Origin: Chiloscyllium plagiosum
Lineage: Eukaryota
Reading direction: 5' to 3'
NCBI RefSeq assembly: GCF_004010195.1
Contig: NC_057719.1
Span: 29,916,423 to 29,980,422, forward strand
DNA length: 64,000 nucleotides
Within the stretch, counting starts at the first letter, position 1. Each line of letters begins with the position of its first letter. Below are positions 50,930 to 62,735 of the stretch, in pieces. The notes below the pieces were generated by a model. The model worked only from the letters and a program-made list of their open reading frames with translations. It was not told the DNA's origin and made no database searches. The translations under genes and the position numbers were made by a program.

Positions 50930-51840
50930 CTTTTTGCCAAGTATCACTCCAACCAGCAGGCAGTTTTCTATCCTCAATCCCACGGATTTCAGTTTTGCTA
51001 GGATTCATTTATGTCATATTTGATCAAATGCAGTTTGATGTCAAGGGCAGCTGTTCTCATCTCACCTCTGGAATTCAGCTGTTTTGTCCATGTTTGAACC
51101 AAGGCTAGAATGAAGTAAGGAGCTGAATAGCCCTAGTGGAACCCAAACTGGGTGTCAGTGAATATATTATTGATAAGAAAGTGCTGTTTGATGGCATTGT
51201 TAATGATTGCTTCACCGACATTTGAGAGTGGACTAAAGTGGCATTAACTGGCTAGGTTTGGATTTGTCCTGCTTTTTATGTAGAGGACATACCTGGACCA
51301 TATTTTTAGGTAGATCCTAGTGTTGCAGCTTGGGTTGCAGGGTGAAGTAGGTTTTGTGATGCTAATGTAAACGAATAAGAAATATACCGTGAATTGATAT
51401 GTAAAATCAACATATTACAGTATGAGGGATAAAGGACGCTACTCAGCCCATTATCACAATGCTTACATTCTGCTTGTTGCCACAATTCGATCAGCCGTGA
51501 GATTATTGAATGGAGAAGAGACTTGAGGGCTGAATGGCCCATTTGTGTCTACATTTCTAATGTACCTCTCAGAATATTTTAATTCAGTTATCATGAGGAA
51601 TTGGTTCCGCATCGTGAACAAACTACAGAAAAGGGACCCAGTGCTCCTAATCAGGTAAAGTAAATATTGTGTCTCAGTCTCAGTAGTTTGAGAATCTGGA
51701 AGAAACAATTCCATATAATCTATCATTCACCATGTTCAAAACATCACTGTGCATCTGTGGCAGCAACTAAGACTGTCCTGGAGGCCAGATGAAATGCATT
51801 TGAGTGGATTTTAAGGCTGTGATGCTGCTAATTTAGATGG

Positions 51841-51941
51841 GAGGCTTATGCCCGAAAGAAGGGCTTATGCCCGAAACATCGATTCTCCTATTCCTTGGAT
51901 GCTGCCTGACCTGCTGCGCTTTTCCAGCAACACATTTTCAG
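51841..51941 (+). mobile_element. 101-bp Penelope-like insertion with duplicated hammerhead stem II
   Basis: Perfect 15-bp TSD tgctaatttagatgg (51826-40 / 51942-56); ggcttatgcccgaaa occurs twice in tandem; CUGA core missing. Confidence 0.85.
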
Positions 51942-52164
51942 TGCTAATTTAGATGGTAAATTTTGTGAATTCAGCTCACTGACCCAGTGCTGGACAGAGT
52001 CTTTTGCTACAATAATATCCAATCAGATTACAGCACCTAGCCATGAAATATCAATCTAAAAACTTTGAATTTTAACTTTTAATTTTAGGGATGTGCATTC
52101 TACTGCTTACCATTTTCACCACAGTTTCCTTCATCAGAGTCTTCTGCATTGCATGATAGATACA

Positions 52165-53003
52165 TATAGAGTCAAAGAAATATACATCATGGAAACAGAC
52201 CCTTCGGTCCAACCTGTCCATGCCGACCAGATATCTAAACCCAATCTAGTCCCACCTGCCAGCACCCAGCCCATATCCCTTCAAACCCTTCCTATTCATA
52301 TACCCATCCAAATGCCTCCACCACATCCTCTGGCAGCTCATTCCATACACGTACCACCCTCTGAATGAAAAAGTTGCCCCTTAGGTCTCTTTTATATCTT
52401 TCCCNNNNNNNNNNCTAGGAAGGAGACCAGAATTGCATGCAATATTCCAACAGTGGCTTAACCAATGTCATGTACAGCCGCAACATGACCTCCCAACTCC
52501 TGTACTCAATACTCTGATCAATAAAAGAAAGCATACCAAACACCTTCTTCGATAGCCTATCTACCTGTGACTCCACTTTCAAGGAGCTATGAACCTGCAC
52601 TCCAGGGTCTCTTTGTTCAGCAACACTCATTGGGACCTTACCATTAAGTGTATAAGTCCTGCTAAGATTTGCTTTCCCAAAATGCAGCACCTCGCATTTA
52701 TCTGAATTGAACTCCATCTGCCACTTCTCAGCCCATTGGCCCATCTGGTCCAGATCCTGTTGTAATCTGAGGTAACCCTCTTCACTGTCCATTACACCTC
52801 CAATTTTGGTGTCATCTGCAAACTTACTAACTGTACCTCTTATGCTCACATCAAATTCATTTATGTAAATGACAAAAAGTAGAGGACCCAGCACCGATCC
52901 TTGTGGCACTCTACTGGTCACAGGCCTCCAGTCTGGAAAACAACCCTCCACCACCACCACCTTTGAGCCTACCTTTGAGCCAGTTCTGTATCCAAATGGC
53001 TAG
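52165..53003 (-). mobile_element. CR1 3' fragment spanning an assembly gap
   Basis: ORF 52415..52960 VPQGSVLGPLLFVIYIN..SKFADDTKIGG. Confidence 0.92.
52405..52414. other. Assembly gap (10 N)
   Basis: Run of n; comparison with the other CR1 copies shows that more than 10 bp is missing. Confidence 0.98.
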
Positions 53004-53125
53004 AATTAAGAGTAGGCCAATCAGCCTCTCCAACCTGTTCCATTATCTGTACATTTCTTTCTAGTTCATTAACTATAATGTCCTTCAAATAGGAGGCTAG
53101 TCTGTGACGAACAATTTTGTAGCAC

Positions 53126-53745
53126 TGTGACGAAGCTGCTCCTTTAACAAGGTTACATTGTCCTTGGTTTCTTTTTCCAGAGAGGTCATAAAAGACACAG
53201 ACTCTGAAACGTCTAAGTGGAAGGGTCTTAGGGCCAGTTTGATTATAGCTAACAGATACTGCCTCAAGCAACAGGCTTTTAAGTTTTGAAAGAACACTTG
53301 TACAATGAAAAGGGAGTGACCATGTCTCCCAGCTCAGCTTTACTCTGGTTTGGTTTTTTTTTCGCCATAGTATTCTGAAGCTGCTGGACCCAAAGAAATA
53401 GGTCCAGGCTGGTACTCTCTGACATCTCTCCTGTAAGACTTTGTGTTGATGTTTCCTTTTCTGCCAAGGGGTGTTTATGGGGATTGTTGCAAGTACTTGG
53501 AACAGCATCATTAGGTTGGAACGATCTGTTGGGTTTTCAGGTAGGTTAAGTTATTCAGTATTCTTTTCTCTTTTGTTTGTGTTTCATTCTTGTAAATAAA
53601 TTCTCTTTTGTTAAAGACTACATAGTTTGACCAACTGCATCCTACCTGGAATTTGGGTGTTACACCTGCTTAAAACAACTAGCAAAGTCAGTGTCTGGAC
53701 TACTTTCTTCAAATGTTTTGAGGGGGTCTGGCTTGGTTCATAACA
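53126..53745 (+). repeat. 5' LTR
   Basis: Direct repeat of 59341-59882; begins tgtgac, ends cataaca; followed by tggaggttc (PBS-like). Confidence 0.9.
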
Positions 53746-55045
53746 GGTTGGAGGTTCTTTGCGTGAGTTCCAATTTAGGATTAGAATTATTGTACTCTAA
53801 CGCAGAAAGCGGTTAATATCTTTTGTTCCAGGTGTTGAATTCGGTTGGTTTAAACAGTGCTTGGGATAGCAATGACTCTTGCAGGCACCCAAGAGCTTTT
53901 TGGAGGTAGAATTGACCTTGAGGATTTGACAAAAGGTGGTTAAGGCCAAGCTGATAAGCTGGAGTTGGAGCTGCCTGTTCTGTGAGGAAAGGAGAGATAG
54001 CTACAGCAGTAGCTCAGTATTTACATTTGCTGGAAACACCGTCAGAAGCTTTAGAGGTGGCTAAAATTCAATTGAAATGAAGCAACTTAAGAGTTTGAGA
54101 CAAAAGAAAAGGAAAGGGCAACAGAAATGAAAGCGTTTGAATTATGATTAAAAGCAGAGGAAAGAGAAAGAAAGAGAAGAAAGGAAGAGAGGGAGTTTGA
54201 AGTTCAGAAATTGGCACTTAGACAGGAGTTCAAAAATTCACTTCCTGAAGTAGGGAGAACTCATGTGGAAGTTAAAAGAGCAAGATTGGCAGCTGAAATG
54301 ACTGAGGAGTATGAGTTGGTCCATAAGTCAAAGTTTGGCTTCCAAAATTCGTTTCAATCCGTGAGGGATAGAAACTAGGGAAAAGAGAAATCCGCGTGTG
54401 GAAAGGGAAAGGTGAAGATCATATGGATAACTTACCACAGGATAAAAAGGAAATTTGAAGTGGAAGGATAAATTAAAAAGCTCCGGTGTTTTCACTGCAA
54501 TAAAGTAGGCCACATAAAATCAGTGTTGTTGGGTTTGGAAAAGCACTGGGAAGCCAGATGTAGGAAAACAGGATAAGCCAGTGAATTTTGTTGGTGTGGT
54601 AATGGAAAGCACAGTGGAAGCTAGAAAGCTGCATCAGAATGTACAACCTGGTCGAAGGTTGGTTAAGGAGGAAGTGCCAGATATTTTTAAACCAGGTCAG
54701 GTCTACTCGCATAGGCCAGGTGCAGTAGGTAAGTGGTTACAATATTAAGAGATACAGGATCCTCTCAATCTATGATGTTGTAAGATGAGGAGATATATAC
54801 TTCTGAAGGACTATTGCCAGAAAAGGTCCTAGTAACAGGAATTCACGGTGAGACAAAAAGCACACAATTATGTAAAATGAGGTTAGAGTATCCAGTGAAG
54901 AGTGCAGAGATCGTGATAGAAGTACTGGATAAACTCTTAGCTCCAGGAATACAATTTGTCCTTGCTAATGATATAGCTGGTTCATATATAGTTGTGGTTG
55001 AAAAGCCAGTGGAAACTCAGGCAACTGAATTATTGCAGGAGACCT

Positions 55046-56255
55046 ATCATTGCCGAGCACCAAATCCAAAATGACCCTTCCCCTCGTCGGCCTGACTACA
55101 TACTAAGTAAGGAAACCCTTCTGTCACACCTGACAAAAACTGCTCCATCCAAACCATCTGGATGGTTCCAGTCAATATTGGGAAAGTTAAAGTCACCCAT
55201 AACAACAACCCTGTTATATCTACATTATTCCAAAATCTGCCAGCCTATCAGCTCTTCAATCTCTCTACTGCTATTAGGGAGTCTGTAGAAAACCCCCAAT
55301 GAAGTGGCTACACCCTTGCTGTTCCTAATATCCACCCATACTGATTCAGTAGACAAACCTTCCTCAACAACCTTCATTTTTGTAGCTGTGATGCACTCTC
55401 TGATTAGCAATGCTACACCCCCTCCTCTTTTTCCACCCTCCCTGTTCTTCTTAAACGTTCTAAACCCTGGCACATTTAGCAACCATTCCTGCACCTGTGA
55501 AACCCATGTCTCCGTTATGGCCACAACATCATAGCACCAAGTACTGATCCATGCTCTAAGTTCATCACTCTTATTTCTGACACTCCTTGCGTTAAAGCAG
55601 ACACATTTTAACCCAACACTTTGTTTCATCACATGAAAAACCTTCCTGGTAGATTCACTCCATCCTGTCACTGCTCCATCTACAACTACTCCCCTCTTAG
55701 ATGTGTAGCTCTGATTTGTGCCCCTCCAGTTCATGTGCAACCCATCCTTCATGTACAGGTCCCGCCTTCCACAGAAGGCATCCCAATGGTCTAGGTATCT
55801 GAAGCCCTCCTGCACCAGCCTCACAGTCACGTGTTAAGTTGCATTCGCTGAATGTTCCTCACCTCACAATCTCATGGCACCGGTAGCAAACCTGAGATCA
55901 CTACTCTACTCGTCCTGCTCTTCAGCTTCCAACCTAACTCTCTGTAGTCACTTTTCAGATCCTCAATCCCTTTCCTGTCTATATCATTGGTACCAATATG
56001 TACCACAATTTCTGGCTGCTCACCCTCCCCCTTTCAGAATGCTGTAAGCCTGATCGGTGACATTCAGGATCCTGGCACCGGGGAGCAATATACCCTCTGG
56101 AGGTCCTGTTCCTGACCACAAAATCTCCTGTTAATCTGTGTAACTATTGAGTCCCTTATCACTAGCACTTTTCTATTCTCCCCTCTTCCCTTCTGAGCCA
56201 AAGTGGCAGGGTCAGTGCCAGAGACCTGACAACTGTGGCTTTCCCCTGGTAGGCC
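55046..56255 (-). mobile_element. CR1 internal fragment (ORF1 esterase joined to APE) nested in the Gypsy pol region
   Basis: ORF 55225..55830: LYMKDGLHMNWRGT (esterase) joined to CFNARSVRNK..VVAITETW..RGGGVAL..VFYRLPNS (APE). Confidence 0.85.
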
Positions 56256-56651
56256 GTTGAAGAAAGTTGGAATGGAATTAGCAGAGACCTGTTTGATCAG
56301 ATGGTTGAGATAAACCAGGACCAGATAGATGACAATGCAGACATCTTTAGCTCAGAGTTATAGCAGAAAGATGAAAATTTAAGCCAGTTGTATTAAAAGG
56401 CATACACAGGAAAAGAATCCAAATGTATCCCTGAATGTTATTATCTTAACACTGACATCTTAATGAGGAAATGGAGACCATCACATATTCAGGCAGATGA
56501 AAACTGGGCAGAGGTTCATCAAATCGTATTGCCAATGGGGTATAGAAAGGAGGTATTGTGAGTAGTGTCCAAGCTATCAGTAGGGGGTCACTTAGGAGTG
56601 AGAAAAACGCAAGCTAAAATACAGAAACAGTTTTACTGGCCTGGCCTGTAC

Positions 56652-56722
56652 ATTGGCTTAGATTAATTCACAGGTCGACGCAACTTTGAGGGCTGAAGGG
56701 CCTGTTCTGTGCTGTATGTTCT
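56652..56722 (+). mobile_element. Tiny CR1/SINE 3'-tail insertion in the integrase zinc finger
   Basis: gggctgaagggcctgttctgtgctgtatgttct tail motif lies between FYWPGL and EFCQTC. Confidence 0.7.
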
Positions 56723-59340
56723 GAAGATGTATGTTCTAAAGAATTTTGCCAGACATGTCATACATTTCAGGTATTTAGAAAACCAGAGACAGTAATAAAA
56801 CCTGCACCTTCAATACCTATTCCTGCATTTGAGGAACCTTTTATAAGAGCCTTAATTGATTACATAGGACCTCTACCTAAAACAAAAAGTGGGAGTCAGT
56901 ATTTGTTAACAATAATGGATGTGTCGAATAGATTTCCAGAGGCCGTTCCATTATACAATATCACAGCTAAAAGGATTGTAGAGGAATTACTTTTTCAGTA
57001 GATATGAGCTACCCACAGAGATATAATCAGATCAAGGGTCAACCTTTACATCAAAATTGTTCAAGGAAGTTATGGATAGCTTATGAATAAAACAATTCAA
57101 ATCATCAAATCATCCAGTGTACCATCCAGAGTCGCAGGGACCACTAGAAAGGTGGCATTAGATATTAAAGACCATGTTGAGGGCTGATAGTCAAGACTAT
57201 CCAGATAATTGGGATAAGGGAATTCAGTTTGTACTTTTTACAATCAGTGATGCACCAAATGAATCGACCAAATTCAGTCCATTTAAATTAGTTTTTGGGC
57301 ATGAAGTGAGAAGATTACTAAAATTAATTAAGGAGAAGTATGTCAGTAAGAATTCAGAAACCAGATATTTGGACTGTGTGTCAAATTTTTGGGGATTATT
57401 AAATAGAGCAGGTGAGTTGGCTAGACAGTATTTAAAAGTATGACAGCATACAATAAAACGAGAAGCAGACAAGAAATCAAAAACTTGCAATTTTGCTGTT
57501 GGTGATAAAGTGTTAGTGTTATTTCCAGTGATAAGTGAACCTTTTAAAAGCAAAGTTTAGGGGACCTTATCAAATCGAAAGGAAATTTAGTGAGGTGAAC
57601 TATTTGATAAGGACTCCAGACAGAAAGAAATCTGAGTGTGTCATGTGAATATGGTCAAAAGGTATTTTGACAGGGACGGAGAGCCACAGGAGACTGTGTT
57701 ATTGGTGACAACACAGAGGAAACAACAAGTTCAGAGGATTCTGAATTGGGCATTCCTCAAATTAAATTGGTCAGTTAGGAAGTTGTCAAAAATTAGAATA
57801 AATTGAGTTACCTTTCAGAGGAAAATCAAAATGACCTGAAAGAGTTATGACTATCACATAGGGTGATATGTGGAAATAAGCTGGGAAGTACTAATGTAAT
57901 TATGCATGATGTAGATATAGGAGATGCTATTCTGATTAAGCAACATCCTTACAGGCATAACCCTCTCGAGGTGGCACAGGTACAAAAGGAGATTGAACAG
58001 ATGCTCCAAGATGATATGATTGATGTGAGTTACAGTGACTGGAGCTCACTCATAATAATGGTGTCAAAACCAGATGGTACTCTATGGTTATGTGTGGACT
58101 GTCACAAAGTCACTGCAGTTACAAAGACTGATGCATATCCAATTTCATGTTTGGAAGACTGTTGGAAAGATTGGACAAGCACCTTATATTTCTAAGTTGG
58201 ACTTGCTCATAGGGCATAGTTGGATACCTTTGTCAGAAAGAGCAAAAGTAATTTCAGCTTTCATAACGTTGAATAGACTATATCAGTTTGAAGTCATGCC
58301 ATTTGGTACGAAAAATGTGCCAGCCACTTTTCAGAGACTAGCCAACAAGGTCATTGCCGGATTACCCAATTGTGTTGTGTATATATAGATGACCTGGTGA
58401 TTTTTAGTCATACGTGGAAGGAACATTTGCAATATTTATCAGGCTTGTTCAATCAACTTCGGAAGGCAGGCCTGGTGATAAACCTGGCTAAAAGTGAATT
58501 TGCCAAAGTCTAAGTCACCTTCCTAGGCCATGTTATTGGACATGGACAAATGGCCCCACAGAATGTAAAAACAAAGGTAATTGGGGAGTTTTCCACACTA
58601 TTGACAGAAAGTGCAGTACTATGATTCCTGGGACTGAGTGGATTTTATTGAAAATGTGCACCAAATTTTAGCAGTGTGGCTCCTCCACTCACAATTGCTA
58701 AAGAAAGGCAAGAGGTTTCAGTGGACAACGGACTGTCAGAAGGCATTTGACAGCCTGATAGCTGTGTCAAACACTATCCCAGTAATAGCCACACCCAAAG
58801 CCATTCAAGGTAGCTATCGATGCAAGTGATGTGGGTGTCGATGCTGTGCTCTTGCAAGAAAATGACGAGTAAATAGAAAGACCTATTGGGTATTCCTCCA
58901 AGAATTTGAACATTCATCAACAGTTTGACAGTTGAGAAGGAGACTTTGAGCTTGGTGTTGACGTTACAACATTTCAATGTTTATATCTGAGACAATCGTA
59001 TATACTGATCATAACTCATTGACGTTCGTGCAGAAATCTAAGGGCAATAATGCCATACTGTTTAGATGAAGCTTGCTGTTACAGCCATTCAGTTTGAAAA
59101 TTGTGCATGTGGCAGGATGACACAACGTGATTGCCGACGCATTGTTGAGGCTTGAATGAGAAACCGAGGCATTGGGTGGCAGGAGTAAAACAGACTGCGA
59201 CAAAATGTAGTAGTGCATGTTTGCATGATTATTGTCAATGTACTGTATATGTATGTTGTAGAGTACTAACAGTTTAAGGGATTTTAAAATGAAGCCATCT
59301 TTGGATATTGATGGTCCATTTTTTTTAAAGGCGGGGTGGT

Positions 59341-59882
59341 TGTGACAATGCTGCTCCTTTTAACAAGGTTGTGTTGTCCTTGGGTTTTTTTTCCAGAGAG
59401 CTTGTAAAAGGCACAGATTCTGAAAAGTCTAAGTGGATGGGTTTTAGGGCCAGTTGATTATAGCTAACAGATACCACCTCAAGCATCAAGCTTTTAAGTT
59501 TTGAAAGAACGCTTGTACAATGAAAAGGGAGTGACCATTTCTCCCAGCTTTTCTCTAATTTGGTTGGGTTCTTTAGCAGTAGCATTCTGAAGCTGCTGGA
59601 TCCAAAGAAGCAAGTCCAGTATGGTTCTCTCTCTCTCTCTCACTCTCTCTCTCTCTCTCTGACTTCTCTTCTATAAGACCCTGTGTTTGCTTTTTCCTTT
59701 TGAGCCAAGGGCTGTTTATGGGGATTGTTGCAAGTATTTGGAACAGCATCATTCGGTTGGGATGATCTGTTGGGTTTTCAGGTAGATTAAGTTATTCAGT
59801 ATTCAGTTCTCTTTTGTTTGTGTTTCATTCAGTAATCTTCTAAATAAATTCTATTTTGTTTAAGATGACATGGTATGACCAA
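59341..59882 (+). repeat. 3' LTR, truncated at its 3' end, with (TC)n expansion
   Basis: Aligns to the 5' LTR up to about ..tgaccaa; preceded by purine-rich aaaggcggggtggt; microsatellite at about 59625-59660. Confidence 0.88.
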
Positions 59883-59884
59883 TG

Positions 59885-60695
59885 GACTTCAACAGGACAC
59901 CTACCTCAGACTCCTCTTTATTACCTTTAGTTCAGCCTTCAAAACCGTAATTTCAACCAGCCCCATCTCCAAACTCTGAGATCTCAGACTCTGCTCCCTC
60001 CTCTGCAACTGATTCCTCGACTTCCTGACCCGCAGACCGTAATCAGTAAGGATAGGTAACAACACCTCCTCCACACTCACCTTCAACAGCAGTTCCCCAC
60101 AAGGCGATGTACTCAGCCCCTGGTCTCATACACTCACAGCTGTGTGGCCAAATTCAGCTCCAACTCCATTTACAGATTTGCTAATGACGTCACCGTGGTG
60201 GGTTGGATCTCAAACAACAACAAGACAGAGTGCAAGAAAGAGACAGAGAGCTTAATGGCATGGTGTAAAGATAACAATCTCTCCCTCACCATCAGTAAAA
60301 CAAAGGAGCTGGTCATTGACTTCAGGAAGTGGGGTGGAAGCCATACCCTGTCTGTATCAATGGGGCTGAGGTGGAGATGGCCGAGAGCTTCAAGTTCCTC
60401 GGAGCAGACATCACCAATGATCTATCCTGGTCCATACACTTCAACGCTACAGCCTCGAAAGCACACCAATGGGTCTACTTGCTCAGAAGGCGAAGGAAAT
60501 TCAACATGTTTGCAAAGACTCTTCCATTTTGTTGTAGATGCACCACAGAAAGCATCCTATCAGGATGCATCACTGCTTGGTACGGCCAAGACTACAAGAA
60601 ATTCCAGAGAGTTGTGAATGTAGCCCAGTCCATCACCCAAACCAGCCTTCCATCCATTGACTCCACCTACACTTCCCACTGCCTCAGGAAAGCAG
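59885..60695 (+). mobile_element. Rex1/Babar-like LINE RT fragment
   Basis: SLCN*FLDFLTRRP*SVRIGNNTSSTLT, RFANDVTVVG, SKTKELVIDFR, FKFLGADI, ESILSGCITAWYG. Confidence 0.8.
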
Positions 60696-60699
60696 ACAT

Positions 60700-61031
60700 T
60701 ACCAACTTTTCTCAGTCCCAACCCTCAGACTCAGCACCACCTTCTCGACCTGCAATCTTCTTCCCAACCTCTCCTCCCCCACCTCCTCTCCAGCCTATCA
60801 CCCTCACCTAAACCTCCTTCCACCTATCGCATTCCCAACACCCTTCCCCCAAGTCTCTCCTCCCTATCTTTTATCTTAGCCTGCTTGGCATACCCTCCTC
60901 ATTCCTGAAGAAGGGCTTCTGCCCGAAACGTCGATTCTCCTGTTCCTTGGATGCTGCCTGACCTGCTGCGCTTTTCCAGCAACACATTTTTAAGCTCTGA
61001 TCTCCAGCATCAGCAGTCCTCACTTTCTCCT
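60700..61031 (+). mobile_element. Penelope-like pseudo-LTR with intact hammerhead motif
   Basis: Same family as 12721-12968; CUGAAGA 60905-11, GGGC-UUCU-GCCC, GAAA-CG-UC ending 60932. Confidence 0.82.
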
Positions 61032-61644
61032 ATACTCAAGAAGCCCCTATTAAATGGTTGCAAGTGTCTTGGAAAGATGTGATACTGAAGAGATTATAGT
61101 GATATGAAGAGCAGAAGATTTGAAAATAAGATGACAATTTTAATTTCATGATGTGGCTTGACAGAAAACTAGCAAGTAAATGATTACAGAGCTGAGGTGG
61201 AAATGAAAGTTGCTGCCAATTAAGACACAGCAGCATTTTGGACGGCTTCAGGTTTGAGGGGAATAATGTGGAAGGTCAGCTAAGAGTCTATTGGAATAGT
61301 CAAGTCTAGAGTTAATAAAGGCATGAATGAGGGTTTCAGCAGGTGATGAGCTAAGACAGGTAATGTCAGGCAATGTTAGAGGTGAAAAAATGTCTGAATG
61401 TTGTCATAAATATGAAGTTGTGAGCTCCTTTCAGATCAAATGAGACAGAAACTCTTGCTTGTTTAGTCTTCCTGAAATGAAACTGGCCAGCAATGATAAA
61501 ATAATAATATCTTGCAAAATATACATTGAAAGGTCTAATAAATCATCATTTTGCACTTTATCTTTCTGTGTCGTCTAGAGGAGTTACAGAAGAGGATATT
61601 TGAGGATTGCAATTTGTTTCATTTTCAGTTGAAGGAATAATAGG

Positions 61645-62735
61645 AAAAATTCAAGAGTCAAGAATAGCTTTATTTGTCAGTTCTACCATTTACAACTGAT
61701 ATAGTAAAAACATGACAGCATTCCTTCAGGTCTAAGGTGCTACGTGGACAACACAAAATACACGGGACGACAATCACACACAGGGCAGCATAAAGTGCAG
61801 AAGAAAAGTGCAAGACATGTAAGACAGCACAGTAATTCCTGACAAGACAATAGGCACAGTGGTGGACAAATTACAGTGTAATAATAAATGATCATTAATA
61901 AACCATTATTTTGGCAACAATTTGAAAAGTCATGCAAAGAATTGCAGATGGAATACAGTGTGATCATACAGTGTTAAGGAGTCTGATGGCTTGGGGGAAG
62001 AAACTTGCACAGTCTGGCCATTAAAAACCGAATGTTCCAGTATCTTCTGCCAGATGGCAGAAGGGTGAAGAGTTTGAGTGAGGGGTGTGTGCAATCTTCC
62101 ACAATGCTGTTAGCCTTGTAATGGAGGGAAGAGAGACCCCAATGATCCTCTCAGCCGTCCTCACTATCCATTCTAAGGTCTTACAATCTGAGACAGTGCA
62201 ATTCCCGAACCAGGCAGTGATGCAGCAGCTCAGGATACTCTCAATGAACTCTCTGTAGAATATGGTAAGGATGGGGGGAGGGAGGTGGGCTTTCCTCAGC
62301 CTGTGCAGAAAGTAGAGATGCTGCTGGGCTTTCTTGGCTATGGATCTAGGTGAGATTCTCCACCAGGTGTACGTCAAGAAATTTTGTGCTCTTCACGATC
62401 GCCATAGGGGAGCATTAATGTCCAGCGGAGAATGGTTGCTCCATGTCGCCCTGAAGTCAACAACCGATTCTTACATTTTGTCCACATTCAGAGAAAGGTG
62501 TTGACTCTGCACCAGTCTGTTAGCTGCTGCACCTCTGTATGCTGACTCGTCATTCCTGCTAATGAGACCCACTGCAGTCGTGTCATCAGTGAACTTAACA
62601 ATATGATTTGCTGCACAGTCATATGTCAGCAGGGTGAACAGTAGTGGACTGAGCACACAACCCTGAAGGTACCCATGCTCAGTGTGATCGAATTGAAGAT
62701 GCCGTACTCAATCTAGACTGAGGTCTTCCAGTCAA
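61645..62735 (-). mobile_element. Rex1/Babar-like LINE 3' fragment
   Basis: ORFs 62471..62656 (LSPLLFTLLTYDC..KFTDDTTAVGLI) and 62021..62377 ([30 protein letters not shown]). Confidence 0.82.

Larger units (their letters stand above)
48780..51300 (-). mobile_element. Old L2-like LINE 3' part with nested CR1 (49610-50465) and Penelope-like (50615-50929) insertions
   Basis: ORF 49298..49495 ILEVTIDQKLNWTGHIN..ASQRLGIL; the host sequence resumes on both sides of the inserts. Confidence 0.6.
53126..59882 (+). mobile_element. Decayed Gmr1-like Ty3/Gypsy LTR retrotransposon (gag-PR-INT-RT-RNaseH)
   Basis: 5' LTR 53126-53745 (TGT..ACA); gag knuckle CFHCNKVGH 54487; protease ILRDTGSS 54742; integrase GHLGVRKT..FYWPGL 56586, SDQGSTF about 57027, YHPESQG about 57120; RT MPFG..PATFQR..YI/DD about 58390; RNase H DASD about 58819, YTDH about 59001; PPT before the 3' LTR at 59341; many stops. 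Confidence 0.92.
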
